A stretch of DNA of 63,974 nt, filler included, from Octopus bimaculoides (lineage: Eukaryota): NCBI RefSeq assembly GCF_001194135.2. It is 7 parts of 6 records of this genome, joined end to end, with 100 filler letters (N's around TTAATTAATTAA, not from the genome) between each part and the next. Parts side by side here need not be neighbours in the genome. Positions count along the whole stretch, not along the records: positions 5,396 to 36,216 come from NC_068981.1; 6 more parts are not named here. One strand, written 5' to 3'. The notes beneath the pieces were generated by a model. That model was not told the DNA's origin. It saw only the letters and a list, made by a program, of their open reading frames with translations, and searched no databases. Positions within the stretch are counted from its first letter, which is position 1; each line of letters opens with the position of its first letter. Of the stretch, positions 13,430 through 26,205 are shown one piece after another. The position numbers and the translations under genes were made by a program.

Positions 13430-13820
13430 TTTTTCGAACAATGAAAAAAAATCAAACAGAGAAACGAGAGATGCATCATAAAGAACATTCCTTTCATCAG
13501 TTGTCCCCTGTTTTATCTACTCCGAGTTTCGAAGGTAAGGACAAGACGCGTCTTCGTTAAAGCAGTCCTTCCTGCAAAGCAAATTAAATAAAATTTGGGA
13601 TTATTTGCGGACGGTGAAAGTGGTAACAAAAGCAGGACTGATAACAAAATAGTAAAAACAAACGGTGAGGGCTATTAAATGAAGACGATGTGAAGTGCTG
13701 AACGCTGGAAAAACGGGCTTTGAGAAGAGACAGATAAAAGTACGTTTTGTCATTAGGAAGGAGGTGGCAGAAAGAGAGAATGGCCGTTAGTCACGTGTGA
13801 TCAACAAGATGTACAAAATA
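13430..13820 (-). mobile_element. Repeat family carrying a rearranged hammerhead motif (probable PLE-derived segment), copy 1
   Basis: About 400 bp of colinear similarity to 52800-53175 (ttcatcag, tttcgaag, caaattaaat, gtgaagtg..tgaacgctg, aagtacgt, cacgtg). The PLE assignment is inferred from the known HHR-PLE association. Confidence 0.65.
13486..13552 (-). ncRNA. Candidate non-circularly permuted hammerhead ribozyme, copy 1
   Basis: Minus strand: GACGCGUC-UUGUCC-UUA-CCUUC-GAAACUCG-(16 nt)-GGACAA-CUGAUGA-AAGG. Contains CUGAUGA, GAAA and GUC, plus stem I (6 bp), stem II (4 bp) and stem III (4 of 5 bp). Confidence 0.6.
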
Positions 13821-14019
13821 TGGGGGTTTCGTTCACAAGGATGTAAACGATTAGGTACGCTAGGTAAATGTTGTAACGGATTACTAGGGCTCCAAGGTTA
13901 TAGTTATGGAGCAATTGCAAATTTCCGATATAGCGGATATATAATTTTTAAAGCGAGCAACAAACGTTAAGGTAAGGCAAACATATCAAATCATATACAT
14001 CATTTTTATTGGAAAAAAC

Positions 14020-14960
14020 TCCAAGACTTACTGCTGTTCCTGGGATATCCCGGAATATGAGATATTTTGTCATCGGTGACAAATAGAGAAAATGAGAAGG
14101 GTATAGATTAATGAAATGACAACATATAACAGGTTCTCTCATGGTAAACATGGTAAACATAACAACCTCCATATAAGAGGTTTCTCGTGGTAAACAACAT
14201 AGCATCTTATGTTCCATCTCAACATTCACTTTAATAACTATTACTTCATAAAATATTTAACATACAATTTGTAGAATTTTCACATTACACTGCAACGTAT
14301 TTTGTCTTGTTTCTTTCGGTAAATTAATATTTGGTAACTTCAAGTATGTCCTTCTCTGATTTTGGTTGTCTACAAATACGAGGATTTATAATTTTCAGTT
14401 TATAACTGAAACCGAGATATATGTTCAGCATTCAAGTAGTGAGCTAAATTAATTGATAAATTAACGCGGTCCCGAATCATTAAAACATCTGGAATGCAAT
14501 ATAAGTAAAATAATAAAGCTGTATTGAGGAATAAAACAACATTGCCCACAGAATGAGAAGGGTATAGATTAATGAAGTAATGATATAGAGGACAGGAGTA
14601 AAGGAGTAAGGAGATGAATATAAAAGTGCGGAAAAATTTGTGCTTAGACGTTGTGAAGGCATCGTTGTGTTTATTAAATAATTGTGATGGGTTACGTGTT
14701 AAAATTCTGAGACAGTCTTTTACGATACTGCAAATCGAGTGCTGGCAATGATATGAGATGCTAGAGTGTATTATAGACTAGGAAAGTCCAGATTGTATTT
14801 TTCTATTATTTTTTCTTCTCTTCCTTCATCTCCTTATTGGTTTACTGCTGTTCTCTATATCATCACTTCAATAATCTAAACCCTTCTCATTTTCCCTATT
14901 TTAACTGTTAACGGAATTTTCCATACTCTGGGATATCTCAGAAACAATAGTAAGAACTTT
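14020..14960. repeat. Inverted repeat pair (about 145-bp arms), each with an HHR relic at its outer end; PLE inverted pLTR-like
   Basis: The reverse complement of 14815-14960 aligns with 14020-14115 joined to 14577-14630; the left arm is split by an insertion. Confidence 0.8.
14116..14551 (+). repeat. 436-bp insertion flanked by a 25-bp direct repeat; homologous to 15990-16393
   Basis: aatgagaagggtatagattaatgaa occurs at 14091-14115 and 14552-14576. The body aligns with 15990-16393 with scattered substitutions. Confidence 0.9.
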
Positions 14961-15989
14961 TTGTTTCGAAAGATAATATTGTATACGACTTGAGATGTTT
15001 GTCTTGCCTTAACGTCTGTGGTCCTCTTTAACAATTATATATATAGATCACCGTGTTTGTACTGTTCTTTGCGAGCCACATGCCGTTTCTGAAGCTAATA
15101 TATGCGGCTCCAAAACAAAATATCAAATGTAAGTGCTACTTGTGAAACATTATTTTTAGGAATTTCATTGATGGCAACTTAGGAATATATTCTACGCACA
15201 TTTCTCTTTCACGTTGCTTCTACATATGCACAAATATCGCGCGCGCATGCACATATATACAAACGCATATGTACAAACACTTACACAGAAACCCACTTAC
15301 ACACACACATGCTTCAATTTCATGTATGTTTTAACTTCCATTAACTGTACAACACTAAAATTGTTCCATTTGAGAAGCTTAATACAGCACTTTGAAAGTT
15401 GTTGAAAAATTCAACACCATAAATGATATTGGTATAAAAATAACACCATGGACGCAAGGAAAATATTAGTGCTTTATAAACACGTTGGAGAGATAACGAT
15501 TTATATAAATAGTGATCTTGGAAAAAATAGGTTTTCATTCGGCTGCACTGGATGTTAGTAACGTTCGAAATGCTAATCATTCTGCATCATCGTCATACCA
15601 TGCTACTCAAAGGCTGAAAAGTTATTTAGCATTAGATAAATTGAACTCTTATTTGCTTTCTCACACTTTTCGTTTGTTTATGAGTTTTTCATGTGATTGA
15701 TATATATTAAATATAACATAGACTGTTTTACCGTTTCATGAATCTTCGAATTTAGACATTATTAAATATATATGCAATTACCCGCTAACCTACTAGCTTG
15801 TTACGATGCAAGTATCTGTAAAGCCATTGAGTTTCTTTATGTCGCTTCCGAGGGAATTCGACTGCTGTTTCTTGCTGGACGTCTGTCATTAACAATCACT
15901 AGAAATGTCGAACTCAAGGAACCTGGCAGTTCTCAAGGTTGCAGCGGATGCTTTCCAGTCATCAGCGATATAAATGCAATTAATTATAG

Positions 15990-16393
15990 GCATCACAAGT
16001 CCATATCAGAGGTTGTCTCATGGTAAATAACATAGTATCTTATGTTCCAATGCAACATTCACTTTAGTAACTATTACTTAATAAAATATTTAACATACTA
16101 ATTGTAGATTTTTTTGCATTACACTGCAACGTGTTTTGTCTTGTTTCTTTCGGTAAATTAATATTTGGTGCCTTCAAGTATTTCGTTCTCGGATTTTGAA
16201 TGTCTACAAATAGGAGGATTTATAATTTTCAGTTTGTAACTGAAACCGAGATATGCGTTCTGTATTCAAGTAGTAAGCTAAATTAAATGTTCAATTAACG
16301 CAGTCCCGAATCATTAAAACATCTGGAATGCAATATAAGTAAAATAATAAAGTTGTATTGAGGAATAAAACAACATTGCCGACAGAATGAGAA
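15990..16393 (+). repeat. Direct-repeat partner of 14160-14559
   Basis: Long shared runs, e.g. gtcccgaatcattaaaacatctggaatgcaatataagtaaaataataaag. Confidence 0.95.
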
Positions 16394-17030
16394 TTAAACT
16401 TGATGTTCTATTTGCCCAAGCATTTCTTCGTTCAATGCTATGTCCCACATATATGAAGTTTTAGTCGTCATACATGAATACTTCCTTATTGTACATATAT
16501 GTCTGAAATTATTGAATAGGGACAATATTGAGGTTAAGTTTAGTTCTACTTGATGCATGAAGAACATTTGGTATAGAAAATAGGATAATGCATGTAAACA
16601 TTACGGATCTGCAAATAACATCAAACTTTTAATTAAATCGGTATGACAGAAGATACATATCAGAAAAGCTACAGCAATCTTACTTCATTATTCAGAAATA
16701 AAGTGAAAAGTAATTGTTGTACGTCTCTGCAGGTATATAAATGTAATTTCAATGTTAATGACATTGATATCTTCAGATTGCATGAGGAAAGTAGGGAACT
16801 CAATACATGAATTACAAACAAATAATCATTCGAATGTTAACAGAAGTTAAAACAAATGCCAAAGAATTTACGAAGTACAAACATTGATTTTCATTAAGTG
16901 TAACTCTTTAATAACCTGTCATCCAAGATCTATTTTCTGATATTTACATAAATTTAATCAAATATAGATCTATATATTATATATCTTATTGGTAAATTAT
17001 CAAAGCATATATTATATGAAAAGTTAAGTG

Positions 17031-17160
17031 ACTGAGCGATGAGAATATCAGATAGAAAGGACTACTCCATTTGTCCGACTCACCTCAATTGTAGTTCAAA
17101 TCACACTGAATTCCATGTCGTTTCAATCTTATCGGGGTCCATAAAATAGTAGTAGTTTAA
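17031..17160 (+). mobile_element. SINE family B, old decayed copy
   Basis: gtagttcaaatcacactga..tttcaatcttatcggggtccataaaatag resembles the family B B-box and central block. Confidence 0.5.
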
Positions 17161-20100
17161 TTAGAACATTCTTAGAACATGAGGCAGAATGTCTTAAGGC
17201 ATCTCTTCCATAATTTTACGTTCTGTTACCAAACATTACCAAAACCTGGATGGAAAAATTACCGGATCTTCTCTTGCCTTCATTTGAAGAGTATCGGCTA
17301 AGTAGAGAGGAGAAACTTGCATGCATCTGCAACAGGTGGTCCTTCAAACAAAAATGTCATCCTGGATTAGACATAAACCACAGGTACATGCAAGTACAGA
17401 CTGAGCAAACAGTTACATATACGTATCCGGCAGAAATATCTAATCTTAAGTAACATGTGCAAAAATAATGATAATTTTTTTGTCATTAAAATAATAACGT
17501 TAAATCTAACGATGTTGTGCATATGGCTTAATTAGAAAATTGCATGGAAATTCAATATTTTTACAGCCTGTTTTCAGATTTAACAATTGATATTTATAAT
17601 ATTACCTCCTAACGACCACCGAACTAATGAAGCTAATTTCTTTAAAGTGCATAGAATTGTTATGAAAAATGCGCGTCTTTTGTTTGCGCTAAATACGTTG
17701 CTCTACAATTACTGGTATAGTAAATTAATATTTTATTCTCGTCATCCGTGCAACTTTCGATGCGTGGTTACACAATAACATTATTATGAAATAACAGGAC
17801 CATCAAAAATTATCAATAATGGAGGAACAGTGCTTTCGTTAGCGATGTTTAGTCCTTATATAAATATTAAAGTGCCAAATTACAAAGAATGTATTTGCCG
17901 TAACTAAATATATCATATGATATCATTAATAATATTCTTATTTTAGAAAATATGCAAGCATCTTAATACTAACAACGTAGTTATGCATGATCCATGGAAT
18001 GTCACTTGGCAAATATTGAACTAGTGAAATGTTGGTTATATTATTGTATGTTTTCCTCAAATGCTTAGCATATTTTGCATGGAGACATGTTAGACATTAT
18101 CTACAATTATCTGGAGTAAACATAAAAGGAAAGTTTGCATCTAATCCAAATGTCGTTACTTCGATTAGCAATCGAAAGCAAGAGACACACATGCTCATAT
18201 ATATATATAACCCACATACTCGATATCTAGTCAAAATGAACGATATATTCCGCTTATATACACACGCTCATTAGTTTACAATTATTGCAAATAATCAGAT
18301 TATATCGGGTAATATCTACAAAAGATCATGCTTAAGTATTATGTCAGCAAAACTCGAGAAGTAACTAGTAAGAAGTCTATCCAACTACAATACGTATCAT
18401 GTACACAATTCTTCTTTGGTCATATTCTTAAGCTGCAATTAGGATTTGTATTCTACACCCTTTGATCGTATCAAACTAAAAGAAAGAGAAATATCATTGT
18501 TTTCCATTCACGTGTAGACTGGTTGTACATTAACCTTAACTTAGAAATGCGACAATTTATTTCTCGCTTTTGTTTTCTCTTTCAACGTTGATTTAATCAG
18601 AGCATATTTGCGCAAGCATTTGGTTTTAGAAGTGCTGTTTTCGCTTTTTACATTCTTTCAGGTAAGAATCGAATATTATTTCCTATACAACTCACACATT
18701 ATTAAAAGCAATAAACTGTAAAACACACGATACCAAATTACTACCAGCGTAAAAGTTTGGTGAATAAGCTAAAAGAGAAACAATATTCTATGAACTCCTT
18801 TAACAGACTGTTTGATGTGTAATGAGTACGATTATTATGTTATTACATCTCACAATGCGATTACGTGATTTCATAGGAGCTGTCTTCGACAAGAAGAGAA
18901 GTAGTCAATCATAACTTACGAAAAGAGTAGAAATTTGTCGATATGTATGCTTACAAGCACACGTAGACATACACGTTATATACTCAAATAGATGTCTAAA
19001 TATATATGTTTGTGTGTGTGTGTGTGTGTATGTATGTACATATATATACATGTGTGTATATATATATANNNNNNNNNNNNNNNNNNNNNNNNNNNNNNNN
19101 NNNNNNNNNNNNNNNNNNNNNNNNNNNNNNNNNNNNNNNNNNNNNNNNNNNNNNNNNNNNNNNNNNNNNNNNNNNNNNNNNNNNNNNNNNNNNNNNNNNN
19201 NNNNNNNNNNNNNNNNNNNNNNNNNNNNNNNNNNNNNNNNNNNNNNNNNNNNNNNNNNNNNNNNNNNNNNNNNNNNNNNNNNNNNNNNNNNNNNNNNNNN
19301 NNNNNNNNNNNNNNNNNNNNNNNNNNNNNNNNNNNNNNNNNNNNNNNNNNNNNNNNNNNNNNNNNNNNNNNNNNNNNNNNNNNNNNNNNNNNNNNNNNNN
19401 NNNNNNNNNNNNNNNNNNNNNNNNNNNNNNNNNNNNNNNNNNNNNNNNNNNNNNNNNNNNNNNNNNNNNNNNNNNNNNNNNNNNNNNNNNNNNNNNNNNN
19501 NNNNNNNNNNNNNNNNNNNNNNNNNNNNNNNNNNNNNNNNNNNNNNNNNNNNNNNNNNNNNNNNNNNNNNNNNNNNNNNNNNNNNNNNNNNNNNNNNNNN
19601 NNNNNNNNNNNNNNNNNNNNNNNNNNNNNNNNNNNNNNNNNNNNNNNNNNNNNNNNNNNNNNNNNNNNNNNNNNNNNNNNNNNNNNNNNNNNNNNNNNNN
19701 NNNNNNNNNNNNNNNNNNNNNNNNNNNNNNNNNNNNNNNNNNNNNNNNNNNNNNNNNNNNNNNNNNNNNNNNNNNNNNNNNNNNNNNNNNNNNNNNNNNN
19801 ATATATATGTATGTGTGTGTGTATGCGTGTGCCTATATTTATACCATTCATTTAGTCGTGCGTAGATGTGCGGTCAAACACTACTAAAATCAATATTCAA
19901 AACAAAATATTTTCACGCGTGTACTCGGGCTAGATTATTTCTAAGTACATCTTAATGCATGATCTTTATAGTTCCCTGTTATTCACATACATAGCAACTA
20001 TGGTTGCAATGTATGTGAATAACAATCCAAATTGAGGGAACCGAGCAGGTAAAATCCAGTCTAAGTATGTTTCCTGACAATCAGAACCTCAGAAGTAATA

Positions 20101-21393
20101 ATTACTCAACGAGGAGTACTCCACTAACCATTCATCAGGCAAGATGGTTACAATGCTGACAATGGATCCTGAGTTAATTAGCATAAGAGTTGATCAAATC
20201 ACCTTCTTATGAAGTGCAGAGTTCACATCATACAACGTCTATTTATGTGATTGTCACAAAGTATTCATTATTTATTTTGATAAGGTAATTGTGAAACGGG
20301 TATATATACAAGTACCATAGTGTACACAAATATATCGACAAACATAAGTACCACTTAATAACACATACTATGTAGAAGTTTTCTTTTAACGAAAGCAGAC
20401 AAATTTATAGAGTGTCAACGGATAATTGATTCGCTGAAATCCATAGGGTGGGTGAAAAATATAGTATTAACCTTTATCTAAAGAAAGTGCGAATTTCGTT
20501 TTGATGTCTTCTACGAAATATTGAATTGCTCGAAGGTATATGAAGAAATCTATAAATCTTTTTATGTACATATTAATGTGCCCATATATGCAAGTATATT
20601 GATATGGGTGTCTGAGTTGCAAGTGCATGCAAGAATATATATGGATATACAGATGATCATATGCATGATACGCTCGCGAACACACACAAACGTCTCAATG
20701 TAGTATCAATATAAACAAACACCATTTGTCCTCTTTGATGCAATAGAAAACCTGATGCAATTCTATAAGTAACTAGTAATATTATAGTTTATTAACTAAA
20801 TCCTCATCAAACACGCTATCAGTGATGATCAAAAACACAAAATATAGCTTATATGTCCAATGTAATCTCCTTTATTGCAAATTACCAACAGCACCAGTGA
20901 AGTGACGTAACACACTGTGACAGGGTTGTAAATGTTATCAAATAGACTTGTCTGAGTCAAGGCTATGTCCTGTAAGTAGATACAAAGCAGCAGCAGCATT
21001 AGCATCATAGCAAAGAGGAAAATGAATTGTTTTTAGAAATGATTCTATACTAATGCATATCACTTGAGCAGAGCAAAATGTGATAAATTCAGAATTATTT
21101 ATTCGTGAAGCACCATTTATCCTGAAAGAAGAAATAACGAAGAAAATTTGGGCATCGTTGAATGTTAGTTGGTACACTTAAATATCAGTGCAATTTAAAT
21201 GAGGGCCCATTGTTACGCAATGATTTCCTAAAGCTTATATTGTTTATTTTCATTATGGTATAATTTACAAATAGCGCAAAAATATTTCCGCTCTCTAAAA
21301 TTAATTAATGCTTCTGAGCAGTTATTTTGACATACTTTTCTTTCAATATTAACTTACTTGCATTGAGTGTGTTGCAAGCTATGTCTCTGCATC

Positions 21394-21489
<96 letters not shown>

Positions 21490-22823
21490 TACTTGCACAT
21501 ATAATATACAATATATATATTTATATATATTTGCAAGCAGTGTTTGCATGACGAGAGATACATCATTAAAGCATATGACTTGACGTTATACGCAGAAATA
21601 TATAAACAGTAGTTCCTAAGAAGATCCAAATAAATGGAATTTCCATTTATCTTATTTACTTTAGATTTGATTCCTGATTCTACTTTTGGTTTAAAACATA
21701 AAAACTGAACGGAATTATTATTTCTGAGACATTGTAGTTCCTGCGTTATCTTAGTTGAAGTTATGGATTAGGCGATATCTTTGCATACAATCATATACAG
21801 GCTGTACTATAATGTAAGCATTACTTTATTAGTCATCTTTCCAAATCAATAGTCTTTTAACAAGTTTCATGTGTAGAACATACTCCCATTATACTTTTGT
21901 TTAATATTTTCCAAGCCTCATAAATACTTTTGTATTTCTCTCATATATCACACTATTATCTGATTGTATACACGAAATTTCTTATCAGTGCCTTTGCTAC
22001 ATTAGTTTTAGGCATGTCAAAAATTGTAGTTTGAACGTAACAATATTCACCAAAGGTTTTCAACTGACTCCAGTAGATGTCATGCGATAAAGCTTGGTGT
22101 GAAATACAATTTTATTTTTTATGACAATCTTTTCAACGGATGAAACGTGCAACATTCAAGCCCTTATAAAATTCCTCTTATTTTATCTTTTTTCCTTTAA
22201 TACGTGCATGCCTAATTCTCCGCTTTCAAAAATTTCCCTCTCGTAAAAGTTTTTTCTGTATAATGGTTTTTATTGAATTACCTTTGAAATTTTGTTTGTT
22301 TGTTGCTGTTCGGTGCATTGCGTATCACTAAGTACACTATATTATACAAGCCGGTTGATGCCTTCAAAACATATCTTTTTTCTAAGTTGCTGATTCGACA
22401 GAGTGCAAAATAATCTTCCACTTTTATTCTCCTTCGAGTTCCAGAACTTGTCATATATCTAATAATTTGCTTCTCTATACCTTGCGAATATTTGTGCATT
22501 TATTTTTTCCTATAACTGTCCTTTTTCTTCCCGAAAGCTTCTTGAAAACTACCATTTGAAAAGCCTTCGAATTTTATTTCATGGCCATGCAAACATAGCT
22601 TCCTTTTGTCCCACTTCGAGATACTGTTTGTATGTGATTTATTGTGGTAATAGATCAGTTCTCGGATATTAATGAATCCGTAAGAGGTGTTTCAAACATT
22701 TTGCATCTGATTTTGATCTCCTTTCATGCGTTCCTGTCGCCATATTCTGCTTCATTTGGTACCGCCTTTGCATGCACACAGATGCACTTGGATAAGTAAA
22801 CAAATTAGGTGTAATGTGATGGA

Positions 22824-23317
22824 TATTTCTGAAACAGATGTTGTAGCGTTAAGTTCGGATGATGAGCTTAAGTATGATTTTTCATACGGAAAGCGAAATT
22901 AATTTACACGTTTCTTACTTCTGCATTCCATGCAAGGTAGACCTGTTTCTGTTATGCTTTTTGCATTAGCCGTGTGTATTTTAACTGTGAGTAAATTGTG
23001 GTTTTAGAGTGATGGGACTGTTTATACCAAGTGTTATTTTAAATAACCTATTGTATTTTGAATGCTGTGTGTATTTTGCCTGAAAAGGTGCCATCTTGCT
23101 AGACACTTTATTATTATCATGGTTATTATTAATACGGTAATAATACTAATTTGATTTAAAGTTATACAGGCTCACGATAATTTCGTTTTGAATGTCGCAA
23201 GGGCATTCAAATGTAAGGACTCACACGGACCAATGTAATGAATATTTCAGAAATAGATATATCGTTAAGTTCGGCTGATGAACTTAAGTATGATTTGTCA
23301 TACAGAAAGAGAAATCA
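22824..23317 (+). repeat. Two ~75-bp direct copies (22824-22900, 23242-23317) with a hammerhead-like core
   Basis: atatttc.gaaa.agat..cgttaagttcgg.tgatga.cttaagtatgattt.tcatac.gaaag.gaaat, offset 418 bp. Confidence 0.8.
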
Positions 23318-25344
23318 GTAATGTCTCCTAAGATTTACTTACAGTGTGTTCATCTATAAGATGCTTCAATAATTTATATTTTTCTAAATTGTCATTCACC
23401 AAATGCCAGACGTTTACGGCACAAAAGAAAAACACTTTCCTGGATGATACTTATCTGCTAATTATAAAAGTAAGTATACTTGAACATTAATTTTGTATCT
23501 TCTCTAGTATCCATTCTGTGATGTATATGATTTGTATAAAAGAAATCCATTCGACTTTCACGTTTATTGTTGCTACACAATGTGAATTAATATTTGTATA
23601 TCTAGATATAATTTTGCAAACATTTGCATTCGTTAGTAACATCCCGCTAAAATTCCATCAGTATTTACGCTTATACAAAATCCTTCTTTCATGGTTCTTG
23701 TTTTCATGTTTCTAAAATTTCGATCTGAAGCACTGTGTCAAGTTTATTATAACTTTATCACCTAGCAAAATGTTGTATTGATACTGTGTCAAACATTGCG
23801 GGCGAAAATGTTTCAATGCGAAATACATAAAATATTCAATAAACAAGAAATGACGACGAGGGTCAAATTTTAACACAAATGGTTAGTGAAGATGGCGATT
23901 TAGGAGTGCTATTATTGCTATGTAGATGTATGAAAAGAGAACTAGAGAAGTATGTTTCCATTTGTAACTGTAATTGTTCTGTTTTTGCTATCTAATCTCG
24001 TTACTGAAAACTGAAGCAGAATAATGAGTCAAATTTAGTTACATTTTATAATATGTTTCATATTCTTTCACTGATTCTACATCTCATTATTTTCATTCTG
24101 TTTTATCTTTATGAAATATAAATATCAGAGTCCATAAATGTTATCTCTTAGCTNNNNNNNNNNNNNNNNNNNNNNNNNNNNNNNNNNNNNNNNNNNNNNN
24201 NNNNNNNNNNNNNNNNNNNNNNNNNNNNNNNNNNNNNNNNNNNNNNNNNNNNNNNNNNNNNNNNNNNNNNNNNNNNNNNNNNNNNNNNNNNNNNNNNNNN
24301 NNNNNNNNNNNNNNNNNNNNNNNNNNNNNNNNNNNNNNNNNNNNNNNNNNNNNNNNNNNNNNNNNNNNNNNNNNNNNNNNNNNNNNNNNNNNNTATATAT
24401 ATATGAGTATGTGGATGTGTGTGGGCTTTTATTTGTATACTACTTTTTTGTGTATTTGTGTGTATGTATGCACGTATTTTTGTATGTATTTGGCCATTAG
24501 TTTTATGAATCTCACTACAGTGTATAATTCGTATTTGGAACTTTTGCTTATGATATAGGCTATATACACCTTATTTTATTCATATATCAATTTAATGATA
24601 GCAACTTCACTTCTGCCCCCTTTCCACTTATTTGGAGATTTGATGTGAGGAAAGGAGGCGGTGGCAACTTGAAACAACAGAGAATATATAAATAGTTATG
24701 AGTTACAGTTGTTATTTCTACAGTTTAATTCGTGTGATAAAATTCAACATGCCATTATTTCCATTAATATAAAGCGTGAGTTGAGCATTAAAGTAACATT
24801 GCAGAAACACAGATACAATGATTTTGCCATATTTATCTTTTTGGTGTATCATTTTATTTCGATTCTTTAACACGTAATATATTTGAGGGTTTTAATGTAA
24901 ATATTTGCAATAGCATTCAAATAAGATTCAGCATGTTATTCTTAATTGAAATAGTACTTTTGTTTTGACATTTGTAAAATTATCCGTTACTTCAACTTAA
25001 TTTCTGAATATAGGGACTCATGTACTTTTATCGAAATTGTTTTGTCAACTAGTAATAATATTCTATTTCAGATTTCTTAAGGTATTTCGTCATTTTGGTT
25101 TTTGAAAAATACTCTTGTTGAAAGTTACTTCTACCACTGTATCTTTATAGGAATTTCTACATCTTATTTGAGAAACACAATGTATTTTCTTTAATTTATA
25201 ACAAATCTTCGAACAGCGTAACGGTCGTATGTTCGCTTAAACTTGTCCATTTAGTCTGATAGAATACAATTTCAAGTTAGCCCTACCAAATATGTTTGAA
25301 ATATAGGATGCAATGTCACATTATGTACCTAATAAAACCACAAA

Positions 25345-26205
25345 ATGAAAAATGGAATACGCATTGCTACTGATATTAATAAGTATAGGTCTAATTCTAG
25401 AGATACTAAATATGTGGTTGTTATGAATAATAAGTTGCGGGAGAAAATAGATGGGATTAAGAAACGAACACTAAAAAAAGAGACTGAGAGCACTATACTT
25501 GAAGCGCAAGACCAAGCTTCGGCCACAAACTGGAGTGTCAACCTTAGGAATGAGCAAGTGTCTCCGCTGTGCCGCATCTGTAACAGAATGGATGACCCAT
25601 TGCCCTTAGCATGCCCAAGACTACTACAAGTTGTGGCAAGAAGGTCATGTAGCGAAAGAGTTCCATTGCAAAATGTGTGGAAATTGGGGGCCAGAGGGGC
25701 ATACGTGGTATGAACACAAACTGCAGATAATAATGGAGTGCGAGACTGGCAAAATCGTCTGGGATTTCCCAATCCAAGCAGATCAGGTCGGAACATCGGA
25801 CCTAGTGGTGGTCGACACGATACACCACATATGCTATATGGTTGAAGCTGCATGCCAATTTGACCTTCGAATAGTCAAGAAGGAAGTCTAAAAATCAAAT
25901 ATATATAACATTCCTAAGTATGAATTATCCGGGCTATCGAAAAAAAAGTGAGTGAAAATAGTGCTAATTATTGTTTGGTCCTTCGGTCAGTATCAGAATG
26001 CATCAAAAAGAATATAAAAGAAATTCGAATAGAGTGCCCAGTAGAGCTGTTTACAAAAACTTTTGCCTCCATCGCACGACCATAATAATCAGGTAAGTAT
26101 TCGATAGATGAAAGGAAGTAATAGCATGGTACAGTAGGCTGCAGGTAGCAAGCCCGCTACGCATGCAAGACTCCAGGAGTTACAACAAAACTTGTGATAA
26201 AAAGA
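25345..26205 (+). mobile_element. RLE non-LTR retrotransposon relic (R4/Dong-like), CCHC finger plus endonuclease region
   Basis: LKKETESTILEAQDQA, CRICN (zinc knuckle), WYEHKLQIIMECETGKIVWDFPIQAD..SDLVVVD..ACQFDLRIVKKE, spread across frameshifts. Followed by an AAT-rich tract at about 26207-26250. Confidence 0.8.

Noticed and set aside
15780-15920. Possible mariner HTH fragment (RF..G..AGR....T.NVE)
   Set aside because: Too short and degenerate to support.
22000-22790. Possible pogo/DDE_1 transposase relic on the minus strand
   Set aside because: Only a vague resemblance (MVVFK, FTREGN) with many stops; no DDE motif or TIRs. An HMM search is needed.
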